Shown piece after piece: positions 10,816 to 20,749 of a stretch of DNA of 64,000 nucleotides (position 1 is the first letter of the stretch; every line of letters begins with the position of its first letter). Under the pieces are notes generated by a model. It saw only the letters and a program-made list of their open reading frames with translations, was not told where the DNA came from and did no database searches. Both the position numbers and the translations under genes were made by a program. Origin of the DNA: Candidatus Latescibacterota bacterium (GTDB lineage: Bacteria > Latescibacterota > UBA2968 > UBA8231); assembly GCA_965215195.1 (NCBI GenBank), contig CBDCDC010000001.1:1088001-1152000 (forward strand). The letters run 5' to 3'.

Positions 10816-10830
10816 GGGGGGGGGGGGGGG
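10816..10830 (+). repeat. G15 homopolymer (candidate slipped-strand switch)
   Basis: 15 consecutive G between ATG 10773 and the body of the 10850..13225 ORF. Confidence 0.85.
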
Positions 10831-10849
10831 AGAACTCTATCCGCCCGTT

Positions 10850-13225
10850 GTGCAACGCGCTGGTTGTCTGTCGGCGGCCTCCTTGGCTTGTCTGCCGTGG
10901 CTGGCGCTCTTGGCCTACTTGGCCGAGGTGTCGTGGTTCCTCTGCGACGACGCTTTCATCAGCTTCCGCTATGCCCGCAACCTGCTGGAAGGCCATGGGC
11001 TGGTCTTCAACCCCGGCGAGCGGGTCGAGGGCTACTCCAACTTTCTGTGGGTGCTGGAACTGGCCGCGCTGTGGGGGCTGCTGGGGATTCCCCCGGAGCA
11101 GGTGGCGCCGTGGCTGTCGGTGGCCTGTACGGCGGGTACCCTCGCCGCGCTGTGGTGGTGGATCGCCTGCCTGCCAGTGCTGCCCCATCGAGGTCTTGTC
11201 GGGTGGATGGCCTTCGGCCTGCTGTGCAGCAGCGCGACCTTTGCGGTGTGGACTTCGGGCGGCGGGCTGGAGACGCGGCAGTTCACCTTCTGCATCGTCT
11301 TGGCGGTGATGTGCTTGAGCCTGTACCGGGACAGCCGTTGGGGTTTGCTGGCGTCGTCGCTGAGCTTGGCGCTGGCCGCGTTGACGCGACCCGAGGGGCC
11401 GCTGATCGCCGCCTGTTGTTTCGGCTGGTTCGCCGTGGAGCGCATGGTCAAAGACCGACGGCTGCGGCTGGACTGGCGGGAGGTGCTGTATCTGGTCGCG
11501 CCGTTTGCGACGCTGGTGGCGGCGCATTTCCTGTTCCGCTACACCTACTACGGCGAGTGGCTGCCCAACACCTATTACGCCAAGCACGTGCGGCCTTGGT
11601 ACGAGTCGGGTTTCCGCTACCTGTGGGCGGCGGCACTGGAGACGGGGCTGTATCTGCTGTTGCCCCTGGCCGCCGTGGCGGCGCGCGAGTGCTGGCGGGC
11701 GCACCGGGACGGGTCGTTCGCACTGCCGCTCCTTCTGATGGGCGTTCACATGGCCTACGTGATGCGGATTGGCGGGGACCATTTCGAGTGCCGGCCGCTG
11801 GACTTCTACTGGCCGCTGCTGGTGCTCCCTGCGGCGGCGGGGATCGTGCATCTCGGCTCGCGTCTGGCCGCCGGGCGTTGGTGCCCCCGTCTTCCCGGGC
11901 TTGGCCGGATGGGCGCACGAGCCTGCGCGGTGGCCGTCTTCGTGCCGGTGCTGTTCTATGCCGGCGCGATCCAGGGCGTGAAACTGTTTGAAGGCGCTGA
12001 GATACGCGAATACATTCCCAAGCTACATAGAGAATTGGATGATGAAAACGCCGGGTGGCTGCTCCATGCGCCCGGGATGCCGATGCTCGTCGCCATCTCC
12101 AACGACCTGCGGCGCTTGGCTGCCCGAGAGTCCGTCGCTTTGCCCTTCACGGAGCACCGCGAATTCGCCAAATCGCGTTTTCGATATTGGAAGCCCTACG
12201 AGAAGGTGGAGCGGGGATTTATTCCCGATGACGCTCTGGCGGCCTACGGCGGGCTTGGCATTCGGTCCTATTACCTTCCGGACCTCAAAGTCATCGACAC
12301 ATTTGGCCTGACCGATGCAACCGTGGCCCGCAACCCGGTCACCCGCGCCAATCATGAACGCCGTATCGCCCATGATCGGCGACCGCCGCCGGGATATCTC
12401 GAAGAGCAGGGCGTCAACATCGCCATATATCCCGCAAAACGCACAGTCTCGGATGCGCTTGCTCGGGCGCGATACGCCGTGCAAGTCGGCCCGGACCTCT
12501 GGATGCCGTTCGGCTCCCCGGACGAGGAGTGGGTTCTCGCCCGTTTTGCCGAACGAGGCCTGCATATGCGAGGCATCCAATACGCCGACCTGTCCTATGA
12601 GAAGGCGGTGCCGGACTTCAACTACCGTTCGGGAGACCTGGGGTTCTCGTGGATGCGCGTTTGGGACCCTTGGGTGCAGGTGTTCGCCAGGAATTGCGCG
12701 CCGGGCGAGCTGCTGGTATGGCCTTGGCCCCGGTCGAACGGAAAGGTGGACGCACTGGCGCTTCATCGCTGGACGATCAACGCGGCAGGGCTGTGCCGGA
12801 CCGCTGTCATGAGATATTCCGGGTGGATCGGGCCGCTCGCTGACGACCCGTCCCGGCTGGAGGAAGCCAAGAGGACGAAGGCGGCCATCCGCTCAGTGTT
12901 CGATGTCTATCTGCTGGGGAAGCACCTGATCTACTTCAAGCAGCCATGCCGTCGGGACGACAAGGACGCACAGTTCTTCCTGCACGTGGTCCCGGCCGAC
13001 GAGCGCGACCTTCCCAGTGGGCGTCGGGAATACGGTTTCGACAATCTGGATTTCCGGATGGAAGAGCCCACGAAGGCCGAAGGGCGGTGCGCGGCGGTGC
13101 GCAGACTGCCGGACTATCCCATCGCCGAGATCCGCACCGGCCAATACCTCAGCAGCGTGGGCCGGCTCTGGGAGGGCACTATCACCGTCGCCGGCCGCGG
13201 CAGCGATGAGCATAGCGGGAACTAA
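10850..13225 (+). CDS. polytopic GT-C-like glycosyltransferase (arabinofuranosyltransferase-like) with extracytoplasmic C-terminal domain; true start probably further upstream
   Basis: [70 protein letters not shown]; many TM segments. Confidence 0.75.
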   Translation: MQRAGCLSAASLACLPWLALLAYLAEVSWFLCDDAFISFRYARNLLEGHGLVFNPGERVEGYSNFLWVLELAALWGLLGIPPEQVAPWLSVACTAGTLAALWWWIACLPVLPHRGLVGWMAFGLLCSSATFAVWTSGGGLETRQFTFCIVLAVMCLSLYRDSRWGLLASSLSLALAALTRPEGPLIAACCFGWFAVERMVKDRRLRLDWREVLYLVAPFATLVAAHFLFRYTYYGEWLPNTYYAKHVRPWYESGFRYLWAAALETGLYLLLPLAAVAARECWRAHRDGSFALPLLLMGVHMAYVMRIGGDHFECRPLDFYWPLLVLPAAAGIVHLGSRLAAGRWCPRLPGLGRMGARACAVAVFVPVLFYAGAIQGVKLFEGAEIREYIPKLHRELDDENAGWLLHAPGMPMLVAISNDLRRLAARESVALPFTEHREFAKSRFRYWKPYEKVERGFIPDDALAAYGGLGIRSYYLPDLKVIDTFGLTDATVARNPVTRANHERRIAHDRRPPPGYLEEQGVNIAIYPAKRTVSDALARARYAVQVGPDLWMPFGSPDEEWVLARFAERGLHMRGIQYADLSYEKAVPDFNYRSGDLGFSWMRVWDPWVQVFARNCAPGELLVWPWPRSNGKVDALALHRWTINAAGLCRTAVMRYSGWIGPLADDPSRLEEAKRTKAAIRSVFDVYLLGKHLIYFKQPCRRDDKDAQFFLHVVPADERDLPSGRREYGFDNLDFRMEEPTKAEGRCAAVRRLPDYPIAEIRTGQYLSSVGRLWEGTITVAGRGSDEHSGN

Positions 13226-13261
13226 GGCTGGTTTGAAATTCCCGCGTTTTAAGGGGGGTCG

Positions 13262-15340
13262 CTACTCCTCTTCTACTGCTTCTATCTCAAGGGTTTGAAT
13301 ACCTTCGAGCAATAAGTCGACGTCCTCCTGCGTAGAAATGGACTCGGGGGGGGCAAGAGGAAACTCAACTCCGGCCTCTTCGCCTTCGGGTTCAGGCGGC
13401 GGCTCGGGAAGGGGGGGCGCGACAAACGTCAAGCGAGCTTTTAAGAGGACATTCTCGTCGGGTTTATTCAGTCGTGCAAAAACATCGTCGAGCGTTTCCG
13501 CGTCCCCAAAATCGCCAAACAGTGGCTCGAACAACAGCTCATCGCTCCCTAATGCGGCGGCGGACCCCACTTCGAGTTGGTAAAAACCAGGGGGCAGCGT
13601 ATCCGGCACGCTGAGGGCCAGCTCGACTTTCCGATCAATGCGCTGTCCCACGCGCAGCAAAGTGGTAATATCCAGCGTATTGCCAAGACTGACGACCGTG
13701 TCGGCAGTAACCTTCGTTACGATGGCAAAACGAGTCTCAGGGATCAGTTCGACATGCACCGCGGCCTCGCGCATCTGCAAGGTGTAATCGTTCCTCGTCA
13801 TAAGTTCCGAGAGTGCGGATGACACGTCGCCGTAGGCATTGAAAATTGCAGCCAAGAGCCGTCCGCTTGGCGAGGAGTAGAGCCGGGAACGAGCGAGCGT
13901 TGAATCGGAGCCGGCAAAAGAAATATCCGTCGCAACGCGGACGCTGTGCTCCGGGTCGTTGTCGACCCGGTTAGCCAAGGGAAAAAAGAAGGCACTGGAG
14001 ACGAGATCGAGCGCGGTATATGGGTCGATACCGACGGCCATCCTGTGCGTAAGTTCGAGTTCGCTCCCTGATGGAAACGCATAGACGCTCTTTACGGGTA
14101 CTAATGTCGGCTCCTCATCGAGTACGCCGCGCACGGCAGGCAAGCGGTCTTCGGTCAGGGTGCCCCGCACCGTTGGATTCAGGGTCGCAAACTTAAACGG
14201 GGCGGACAAATTGGAAATTTCGCCGAGCACCTTTGTTTCGATTATGGGAAGCTCTACCGGACCAGCACCATTCAGTGGATGCCCAAACCCATATATCCGG
14301 TTGCCATTGACGTAGGATATGGTTCCTAGCGCACCTAGGGTAAGCTCTCCGAGCAGCAACCCAACGGTCAGGGGCCGGCCGGCCTCAAAGCTGTCTTGGC
14401 GCTCTTGGGTCAGGCCAGCGGCACTGGCAGTGCTTAGGAGGGACGACAGCGGATACACGCTGTTGCGGCCCGTGCTCAGCAAAGGAGTATCCAAGGGAGT
14501 AATGCGGTTCCCTTCCCAAGTGGCCGCGCGTTTGGCCGCTGGCACCCTTCCCCGAGTGCCGATGACCCATTCTATCGGCGTGGCAAAAAAGTAGTACGGC
14601 GGGCTGTCTTGGGAACGAAAGCCATAAGCAATGGCCCCCCAGGTGCCCTGCTCCGTGAAAATGGGCGACCCACTCATCCCCTGCGCAATGCCCCCGAGCT
14701 GGATCAAAACGGGATCCGAGGCTTCTACCATGTAAACCGGCATGGGGGCCAAGTAATCATCGACCACTTGGACGAAGGTCATTTCGAGATCGGATAGTTG
14801 GCCGTGGGCAAATTCAGTGCGCAGGAATACGGGCGTCCCCACGGGCATGGAACGAACCTCGTCAACCGAGACAATGGGCGAAAGATCATAGGGCTGTAAT
14901 TCCCCGGTTGGCCGCAAAACCGCTTCTGCCGGAGTCAGTATGGAAGCGACGGCGGCGAGCATGGAATCAGCGGCGGCGAGCATAGAATTAGCGGCGGCGA
15001 GCATGGAATCGGCATCGGCGGCAATGGTCGAATCCGCGTCCGCAGCGACCATTGCATTGGCAGCGGCGACCATGGAATTGGCGGTGGCCAGCATGGAATT
15101 AGCGGCCGCGAGCATGGAGTCGGCATCGGCGGCAATGGTCGAATCCGCGTCCGCCGCGAGCATGGAATTGGCGGCCGTCAGCATAGAATCGGCGGTGGCC
15201 AGCATGGAGTTAGCAGCGGCGAGCATGGAGTCGGCCGTGGCGATCATGGAATCGACGGCCGCAGCCGTTGGAGCCGGATCGTCGTCTCCACAACTCCATA
15301 GACCAACGGCGAGGGCGAGTAGGGCCAAACGAATCGGCAT
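13262..15340 (-). CDS. lipoprotein with SpoIVB (S55) serine peptidase domain and repetitive N-terminal stalk
   Basis: SD TAAGGA; MPIRLALLALAVGLWSC lipobox; GIAQGMSGSPI, GAIAYG, TPIE, GTISYV...FGHP. Confidence 0.85.
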   Translation of the reverse strand: MPIRLALLALAVGLWSCGDDDPAPTAAAVDSMIATADSMLAAANSMLATADSMLTAANSMLAADADSTIAADADSMLAAANSMLATANSMVAAANAMVAADADSTIAADADSMLAAANSMLAAADSMLAAVASILTPAEAVLRPTGELQPYDLSPIVSVDEVRSMPVGTPVFLRTEFAHGQLSDLEMTFVQVVDDYLAPMPVYMVEASDPVLIQLGGIAQGMSGSPIFTEQGTWGAIAYGFRSQDSPPYYFFATPIEWVIGTRGRVPAAKRAATWEGNRITPLDTPLLSTGRNSVYPLSSLLSTASAAGLTQERQDSFEAGRPLTVGLLLGELTLGALGTISYVNGNRIYGFGHPLNGAGPVELPIIETKVLGEISNLSAPFKFATLNPTVRGTLTEDRLPAVRGVLDEEPTLVPVKSVYAFPSGSELELTHRMAVGIDPYTALDLVSSAFFFPLANRVDNDPEHSVRVATDISFAGSDSTLARSRLYSSPSGRLLAAIFNAYGDVSSALSELMTRNDYTLQMREAAVHVELIPETRFAIVTKVTADTVVSLGNTLDITTLLRVGQRIDRKVELALSVPDTLPPGFYQLEVGSAAALGSDELLFEPLFGDFGDAETLDDVFARLNKPDENVLLKARLTFVAPPLPEPPPEPEGEEAGVEFPLAPPESISTQEDVDLLLEGIQTLEIEAVEEE
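14940..15260 (-). repeat. about 15 coding tandem repeats of 21/24 bp (ADSMLAA/ANSMLAT/DADSTIAA)
   Basis: visible in DNA (GAGCATGGAAT.GGC units) and in protein. Confidence 0.9.
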
Positions 15341-15465
15341 AGTACGTGTTTTCCTTATATGGTTTAGAGTGCGCGGTTCAATCCTGTCCGGCACCATCAA
15401 GGGTGGGGGTAGCGGGTGTGGATTGGAGGGGGAATTGTGAATGGACGCAATCGCAAGCCAGCCTG

Positions 15466-16092
15466 CTACGCGGTCAAGGCGTCCATCAGGGCTTGGGCGA
15501 TTACCAAATGTCCGGCTTGGTTGGGGTGGACCGGTTCTGGACAGAAGGTATCGGCGTCGCGGTACTGGAGCTGCCGCTGGAAGATGTCGTGCAGGCGCAC
15601 TAGGCGGGCGTCAAAGCGCTCGGCCAGCCGCTCCACCACTTCAATGTACCGAGGCAATAGTTCGAGTACTTGGCCGCGGTGGTCGGTGGAAATGTAAAAC
15701 GGAGTGAGCAATACGAGGGGACAGCCCAGTTCGCCTTGGGTAATCTCCAGTAGTTGTTCGTAAACAGCGGCGAAAAGGGCTGGATCGACGCCGTCTTCGG
15801 CCCCGCGCAAATGGCTGTGCAGGTCGTTGATGCCAATCTTGATGGACAGCCGGTCCGGCCGCTGGTAGAGCACGTCGTCCTGCCAGCGGGCGGCTAAGTC
15901 GGTGACGCGATTGCCGCCGATGCCTTTGTTGATGTAGCGGACCCGCCGCTCGGGGAAGCGGGCCGTGGCCAAGTCGGCGAACAGGCGCACGTACCCGTTG
16001 CCCAGCGGGGCCTCGGCCCCGCGCCGACCGCAGTCGGTGATGCTGTCGCCGATGAACAGCAGGGTTTGTCCGTCTTCAATCCAGTGGCTCAT
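15466..16092 (-). CDS. SGNH/GDSL hydrolase
   Basis: FIGDSITD, NKGIGGN, IGIND, EPVHPN..GH. Confidence 0.9.
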   Translation of the reverse strand: MSHWIEDGQTLLFIGDSITDCGRRGAEAPLGNGYVRLFADLATARFPERRVRYINKGIGGNRVTDLAARWQDDVLYQRPDRLSIKIGINDLHSHLRGAEDGVDPALFAAVYEQLLEITQGELGCPLVLLTPFYISTDHRGQVLELLPRYIEVVERLAERFDARLVRLHDIFQRQLQYRDADTFCPEPVHPNQAGHLVIAQALMDALTA

Positions 16093-16120
16093 GGCTATTC
16101 TCTTGGTTGGAGGAGATGCC

Positions 16121-16885
16121 TCAGACGCAGCCGGCGTGTTCCCGTCCCCGCAACAGGGGATAGTCGGGCTTGTCTTGGGGGGCACCCGTCCAGCGCGAGC
16201 GTGCGCTCATGTAGTGGGTGGCCATGCCGCGGCGGCGCGTCGTCGTCTGGTTGGGGCCGGAGCGATGCAGGAGCAGGCTGTGGTGGAAGGAGCAGTCGCC
16301 GGCTTGCAGCAGGATGGGCTGTTCGCGCTGGCGGTCGATGGCGGCGTCGGGAACTTTTTTGTCTTGCCGCAGGCCGACCATCCACACCTCGCTGTGGTCC
16401 ACTAGCCCCTCGCGGTGGCTGCCCGGCACGACCCACAAGCAGCCGTTTTCAAGGGTTACATCGTCTAGGGCGACCCAAGCGGTGGCGAGGGCCAGCGGCT
16501 CAATGTGGAAGTACGCGGAGTCTTGGTGGTAGGTCTTTTCTATGCCGCCCGGCCCCTTGATAAAAACTTGGTCGCCGAAGAGCTTGAGGTCTGGGCCGAG
16601 CAAGTCGGCGGCGGCGGTGAGGAGGGGTTCCCGCATTGCGTGGTCGCGGAAGAACGGATCGCATTGGGACGGGCCGTTGATTTTGCGCAAGTGATCGATG
16701 TGGCGTTGCCGGGGCGCGTTGGGGTCGAACTCGATGTTGGCCTCCGGGAAGGGCAGCGCACCCGAGGCGATTCCCTCGATATGGGTGCGGAGTACGCGCA
16801 CGTCTTCTGCGGAGAGGGCGTTGCGCAAGATGGTGTACCCGTCTTGCTGGTACTGGGCGATTTGCTCGGGACTGAACGCGGGCAT
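16121..16885 (-). CDS. PhyH family Fe/2OG dioxygenase (HQD)
   Basis: QYQQDGY, YHQDSAY, NGCLWVVPGSH, LLHRSGPN...R. Confidence 0.92.
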   Translation of the reverse strand: MPAFSPEQIAQYQQDGYTILRNALSAEDVRVLRTHIEGIASGALPFPEANIEFDPNAPRQRHIDHLRKINGPSQCDPFFRDHAMREPLLTAAADLLGPDLKLFGDQVFIKGPGGIEKTYHQDSAYFHIEPLALATAWVALDDVTLENGCLWVVPGSHREGLVDHSEVWMVGLRQDKKVPDAAIDRQREQPILLQAGDCSFHHSLLLHRSGPNQTTTRRRGMATHYMSARSRWTGAPQDKPDYPLLRGREHAGCV

Positions 16886-16899
16886 GGGTTCCTCCAAAT

Positions 16900-18225
16900 T
16901 TAAGCTATCTCCGCCAGCGCGTTCCCCACAGCTTCGACTAAGCCGTCGATGTGCCCGGCGTCCATGGGCGCAGAAAGCGCGCACATGCCCAACCCTGGGC
17001 CGAGGAAGTACCCCTGCTCGATGAGCGAGAGAAAGAGCGGCTGAATGAGGGTTTGGTCAGCCGCGGCGAGGTCGCGGTAGTTGGCGATGGGGCCGCGGGC
17101 GAAGTGGATGCTGAAGACCGACCCGGTGCAGACCGCTTGGGCGGCGATGGCGCGGGCGGCAAAGAGCGCGTTGAGTTGGTCCTTTAAGCGCGCTCCGAGT
17201 GCGTTTAGATGGGCGATGGTTTGCGGCGTCAGCTCGCTCAGGGTGGCTAGGCCGGCGGCCATGGCCACGGGATGTGCGCTAAAGGTGCCGCTCTGGAAAA
17301 AGCCGGTGGATTGCTGGGAGTTGTCGAACAGGTCCATCAGGTCGGCCCGGCCGCCAAAGGCCCCCACCGGAAAGCCGCCGCCGATGATTTTGCCAAAGCA
17401 ACTCAGGTCCGGGTCGATGCCGTACAGGCCCTGCAACCCGCCGGTGCCCGTGCGGAACCCGACGATTTCGTCGAAGATGAGCAAGACTTTGTGGCGGCGG
17501 GTGATGTCGCGCACGGCGCGGGCAAAATCCGGCTGTACGTCCATGATGCCGGCTTTGGGATCGAAGAGGACGCAGGCGAGTTCGCTGGCGTGCGCGGCCA
17601 CGAGCCGCTCGACGGCCGCTGGGTCGTGATAGGGGAGGATGACGGCCTCGGACGCGGCCGACGGGGACATGCCGCCGGCTGTTGGCAGCGCGACGGGCGC
17701 GTCGGCCGGGCCGGCTTGGTCTAGGGGCGGGGCCACGCTGACTTCCACGGCGTCGTGGCTGCCGTGGTAGCCGCCCTCGAACTTGGCGATCTTGCCGCGC
17801 TTGGTGTAGCCCCGCGCTAGGCGAATCGCGTGCAGCGTGGCCTCGGTGCCGGAGTTGACAAAGCGAATCCGCTCCAGCGCATCCACGCGGCTGCACATTG
17901 CGCGGGCGATTTCGCTCTCAATGCCAGTGGGCGCGCCCAAGGCAATGCCCTTTTGCATCTGCTCGCGCACGGCCGCTTCCACGCGCTCGTGCCCGTGCCC
18001 GAGGACTTGGGCCGTGTGGTGGTTGGCGCAATCGACGTAGCGGTGCCCATCGACATCCCACAGGTAGCAGCCCTTGCCGCGGGCCATGGCGAGCGGATAG
18101 GGCGAGTAGTAATACGCGCCTTTGGCCGCACCGGCCGTGTAGGCGCGGCCTTGGTCAAAAAGGGCGCGGGAGCGCGGGCTGGCGCGGCGATAGCGCGCTT
18201 GGAGGTCGGCAAGGGACGTAGGCAT
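16900..18225 (-). CDS. class III PLP aminotransferase (GSA aminomutase-like)
   Basis: WDVDGHRYVD, FVNSGTEAT, KFEGGYHG, LIFDEIVGFR, FGKIIGGGFPVGAFGG, SGTFSAHP. Confidence 0.9.
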   Translation of the reverse strand: MPTSLADLQARYRRASPRSRALFDQGRAYTAGAAKGAYYYSPYPLAMARGKGCYLWDVDGHRYVDCANHHTAQVLGHGHERVEAAVREQMQKGIALGAPTGIESEIARAMCSRVDALERIRFVNSGTEATLHAIRLARGYTKRGKIAKFEGGYHGSHDAVEVSVAPPLDQAGPADAPVALPTAGGMSPSAASEAVILPYHDPAAVERLVAAHASELACVLFDPKAGIMDVQPDFARAVRDITRRHKVLLIFDEIVGFRTGTGGLQGLYGIDPDLSCFGKIIGGGFPVGAFGGRADLMDLFDNSQQSTGFFQSGTFSAHPVAMAAGLATLSELTPQTIAHLNALGARLKDQLNALFAARAIAAQAVCTGSVFSIHFARGPIANYRDLAAADQTLIQPLFLSLIEQGYFLGPGLGMCALSAPMDAGHIDGLVEAVGNALAEIA

Positions 18226-18238
18226 AATGATCCTCTCG

Positions 18239-18700
18239 TCAATACAACTGAATCCAATTTTGCTGGTAATTGATGGCTTGCAAAACATCTTTTTCAGGGA
18301 TAGGGGATACATCCTTGTTGATCCTAAAGCAACGAGCCGATCCTGGTACATCGCGCACTATGGTGAACTGTCCGCCATGGAACTGCCACGTAAAACAATG
18401 CCTGTCGTCTGACACTTGATGTCCTTGTATGTTGCCATTTTCGTTTAGCTTCCAAGCGTAATTTGCCGGGATGTATTGCCTTGTCTCGTCTTCAAACAAG
18501 ACAAATTCTTTTGACTGCATATTGCGAATCAACACCAATACGCGCAAATCAGCATGAGTGCATCGACTGGCGTTCAGGCGACTGTTCCAGATGGCTAAGA
18601 CCGCGTCGCCTGTCTTTTGAATATCAGCTCGGGGGTTTGAGATACCAAAGGAATAATCCGGTGAGTTACGACCCGATATGAGACGAACCCTAGACTGATT
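18239..18700 (-). pseudogene. C-terminal part of a probable type II restriction endonuclease
   Basis: startless open frame VRLISGRNSPDYSFGISNP...IWNSRL...FTWQFHGGQFTI abutting the truncated MTase; AT-richer; endonuclease call is from context. Confidence 0.5.
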
Positions 18701-18704
18701 GAAC

Positions 18705-19086
18705 TGGCTTTGAGCACCCGGACGATGTGGAAGAACAAAGTTCCCCGCTCATCGGCAAAACCTGCTCGAGTGCCAATGATACTGAAGGGCTGGCAGGGAA
18801 AACCCGCGCAGAGAAGGTCGTGGTCTGGGACATCCTCTGCCGCGATGCGGGTAATATCGCCTTGCGCTACGATGCCAAAGTTGCTGAAGTAGACCTCACA
18901 GGCCGGCGCATCAATATCGCAGGCAAAGACGCATTGTAGCCCATGTGCTGCCGCCGCAAGATGAAAGCCACCGACACCGCAGAACAGATCGGCAAATGTT
19001 TGCAAACGCCTCGGCGTCTTGCTTGGAAAAAGCAAAGAGGACTGATAAAGAGTTTCTCGTTCGGTTCGCGGGAGGGTATCAACCAT
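18705..19086 (-). pseudogene. N-terminal half of a C5-cytosine DNA methyltransferase
   Basis: motif I DLFCGVGGF, motif IV GFPCQPFS, DERGTLF; sequence breaks before motif VI (ENV). Confidence 0.88.
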
Positions 19087-19222
19087 CCAAAACCTCCTTG
19101 TGACTTAGGTCTCTAAACATGTATAGCCTAAAGCACAAGCGCAACCGGCGGGTCCGGGTGCCGCAGGGCGCGAGAGGTTGACGCAGCCTCTGTTCGCGCT
19201 CATGCTGATTTTGACCTAAAAT

Positions 19223-19248
19223 AGGGCGTCCACGAGGGACGCCCCTAC
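19223..19248 (-). repeat. GTAG-type REP hairpin
   Basis: minus strand GTAG-GGGCGTCC-CTCGT-GGACGCCC-T; degenerate relative near 48535-48556. Confidence 0.6.
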
Positions 19249-19272
19249 AACCCTTCACCAGCAATCGCCACC

Positions 19273-20352
19273 ATGTCCCAAACCGAATGCGCCGTCCAAG
19301 TCGCGTCCCTGATCGACTGCGACGTCCACAACTACCCAAATTCCATCGACGACCTCATGCCCTTTTTGTCGGCTCGCTGGCAGGCGTACGTGCGGCAATC
19401 CGGGTTTAGCGGCCCGCCCGGGCCGATCTATCCCAAGGGGTTTGCCCAGGCTGCGCGGCGCGATGCTTGGCCGCCTTCGGGCCTAAAGCCGGGCGGCGAT
19501 CCGGATTTTGCGCGCACCCAGTTGCTCGACGCTTGGGGCATTGACGTGGCCGTGCTCAACCCGCTCTACGGCATGACGGCCCTGCACAACCTCGACTTTG
19601 CCAACGCCCTGATGCGGGCGGTCAACGAGTGGACCGCGCACGCTTGGCTCGACTGCGACCCGCGCTGGCGCGGCTCAATTGTGGTCAATGCCAGCGACCC
19701 GGCGCAGGCGGCCGCGGAAATCAAGCGGGCCGCGGCGGATCCGCGCTTTGTGCAGGTGTTGCTGTTGGTGCGGTCGAGCGCGCCGTATGGCAAGCGGCAG
19801 TTCCGGCCGATTTTTGCCGCGGCCTGCGAGGTCGGCCGGCCGGTGGGGATCCACTTCGGCGGCAGCGGCCAGCCCATCACGGCCTGCGGCTGGCCTTCCT
19901 ATTACATCGAAGATCACACGGCCATGTCGCAAGCCTTTGAGGCTCAGGTCATCAGCCTTGTTTGCGAAGGAGTGTTCTGCGAGTTCCCCAAGCTGCGCGT
20001 CGCACTTGTCGAGGGGGGATTCGCGTGGTTGCCCGGGCTGATGTGGCGGCTGGACAAAAACTACCGGGGCTTGCGCAGTGAGGTGCCGTGGCTGAAGAAG
20101 CGGCCCAGCGAATACATCCGCGAGCACTTCCGCGCCACGACCCAACCCATGGAAGAGCCAGACGACCCCCAGCACTTGTTGCACATCATCGACATGATCG
20201 GCTGCGAGGATTTCCTGATGTTCGCTACGGATTATCCGCATTGGGACTTTGACTCGCCGGCCCGCGCCCTGCCGCCGGCGATTGACGACGCGCTGCGCCG
20301 GGGCATTACGGTCGATAATGCCGAGGCATTTTATGGGTTTGCAGCGCGTTGA
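19273..20352 (+). CDS. amidohydrolase_2 family protein
   Basis: [32 protein letters not shown]. Confidence 0.9.
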   Translation: MSQTECAVQVASLIDCDVHNYPNSIDDLMPFLSARWQAYVRQSGFSGPPGPIYPKGFAQAARRDAWPPSGLKPGGDPDFARTQLLDAWGIDVAVLNPLYGMTALHNLDFANALMRAVNEWTAHAWLDCDPRWRGSIVVNASDPAQAAAEIKRAAADPRFVQVLLLVRSSAPYGKRQFRPIFAAACEVGRPVGIHFGGSGQPITACGWPSYYIEDHTAMSQAFEAQVISLVCEGVFCEFPKLRVALVEGGFAWLPGLMWRLDKNYRGLRSEVPWLKKRPSEYIREHFRATTQPMEEPDDPQHLLHIIDMIGCEDFLMFATDYPHWDFDSPARALPPAIDDALRRGITVDNAEAFYGFAAR

Positions 20353-20698
20353 CATAGGGCCGGTCGCGGCCTTTGCCGAGGGCGAGGTGCGCCGGGTTGA
20401 GGTCGCGGGACGCGGCTTGGCCATCGTGCGGCAGGGGGATGCTTGGTACGCGCTGCGCGATGTCTGTCCGCACCAAGGGGCGCGTCTGTCGGACGGACGG
20501 GTTGGGGGTACGGCCTTGGCGCGGCGTCCGGGGGACGAGATCGTCTGGGGCCGCACGGGCGAGATCTTGAGCTGCCCGTGGCACGGCTGGGAATACGACG
20601 TGCGCACGGGCCGCTCGCTGTGCGAGCCCGAGAAGGTGCGGGTGCGGACCTATGGGGTGTGGGTGGAGGATGGGCGGGTGGTGGTGGAGTTGGGCTAG
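20333..20698 (+). CDS. Rieske [2Fe-2S] ferredoxin
   Basis: CPHQGARL ... CPWHGWEYD. Confidence 0.9.
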   Translation: MGLQRVDIGPVAAFAEGEVRRVEVAGRGLAIVRQGDAWYALRDVCPHQGARLSDGRVGGTALARRPGDEIVWGRTGEILSCPWHGWEYDVRTGRSLCEPEKVRVRTYGVWVEDGRVVVELG

Positions 20699-20749
20699 GC
20701 GGGGATGGGGTGACGAGCGTCGTGGACGCCAACCTTGGCAAGCTACCTT

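Noticed and set aside
9565-12865. 9565..9702 / 12728..12865 as a DGR template/variable repeat pair
   Set aside because: Many mismatches involve C, G and T on both copies rather than only adenines, and no reverse transcriptase is present in the window
14940-15440. 166-aa plus-strand MESAAAS ORF
   Set aside because: Antisense shadow of the repeat stalk of the S55 protease gene
16900-18225. Naming the aminotransferase hemL
   Set aside because: The N-terminus lacks the GGVNSPVR-type HemL motif and the context is catabolic
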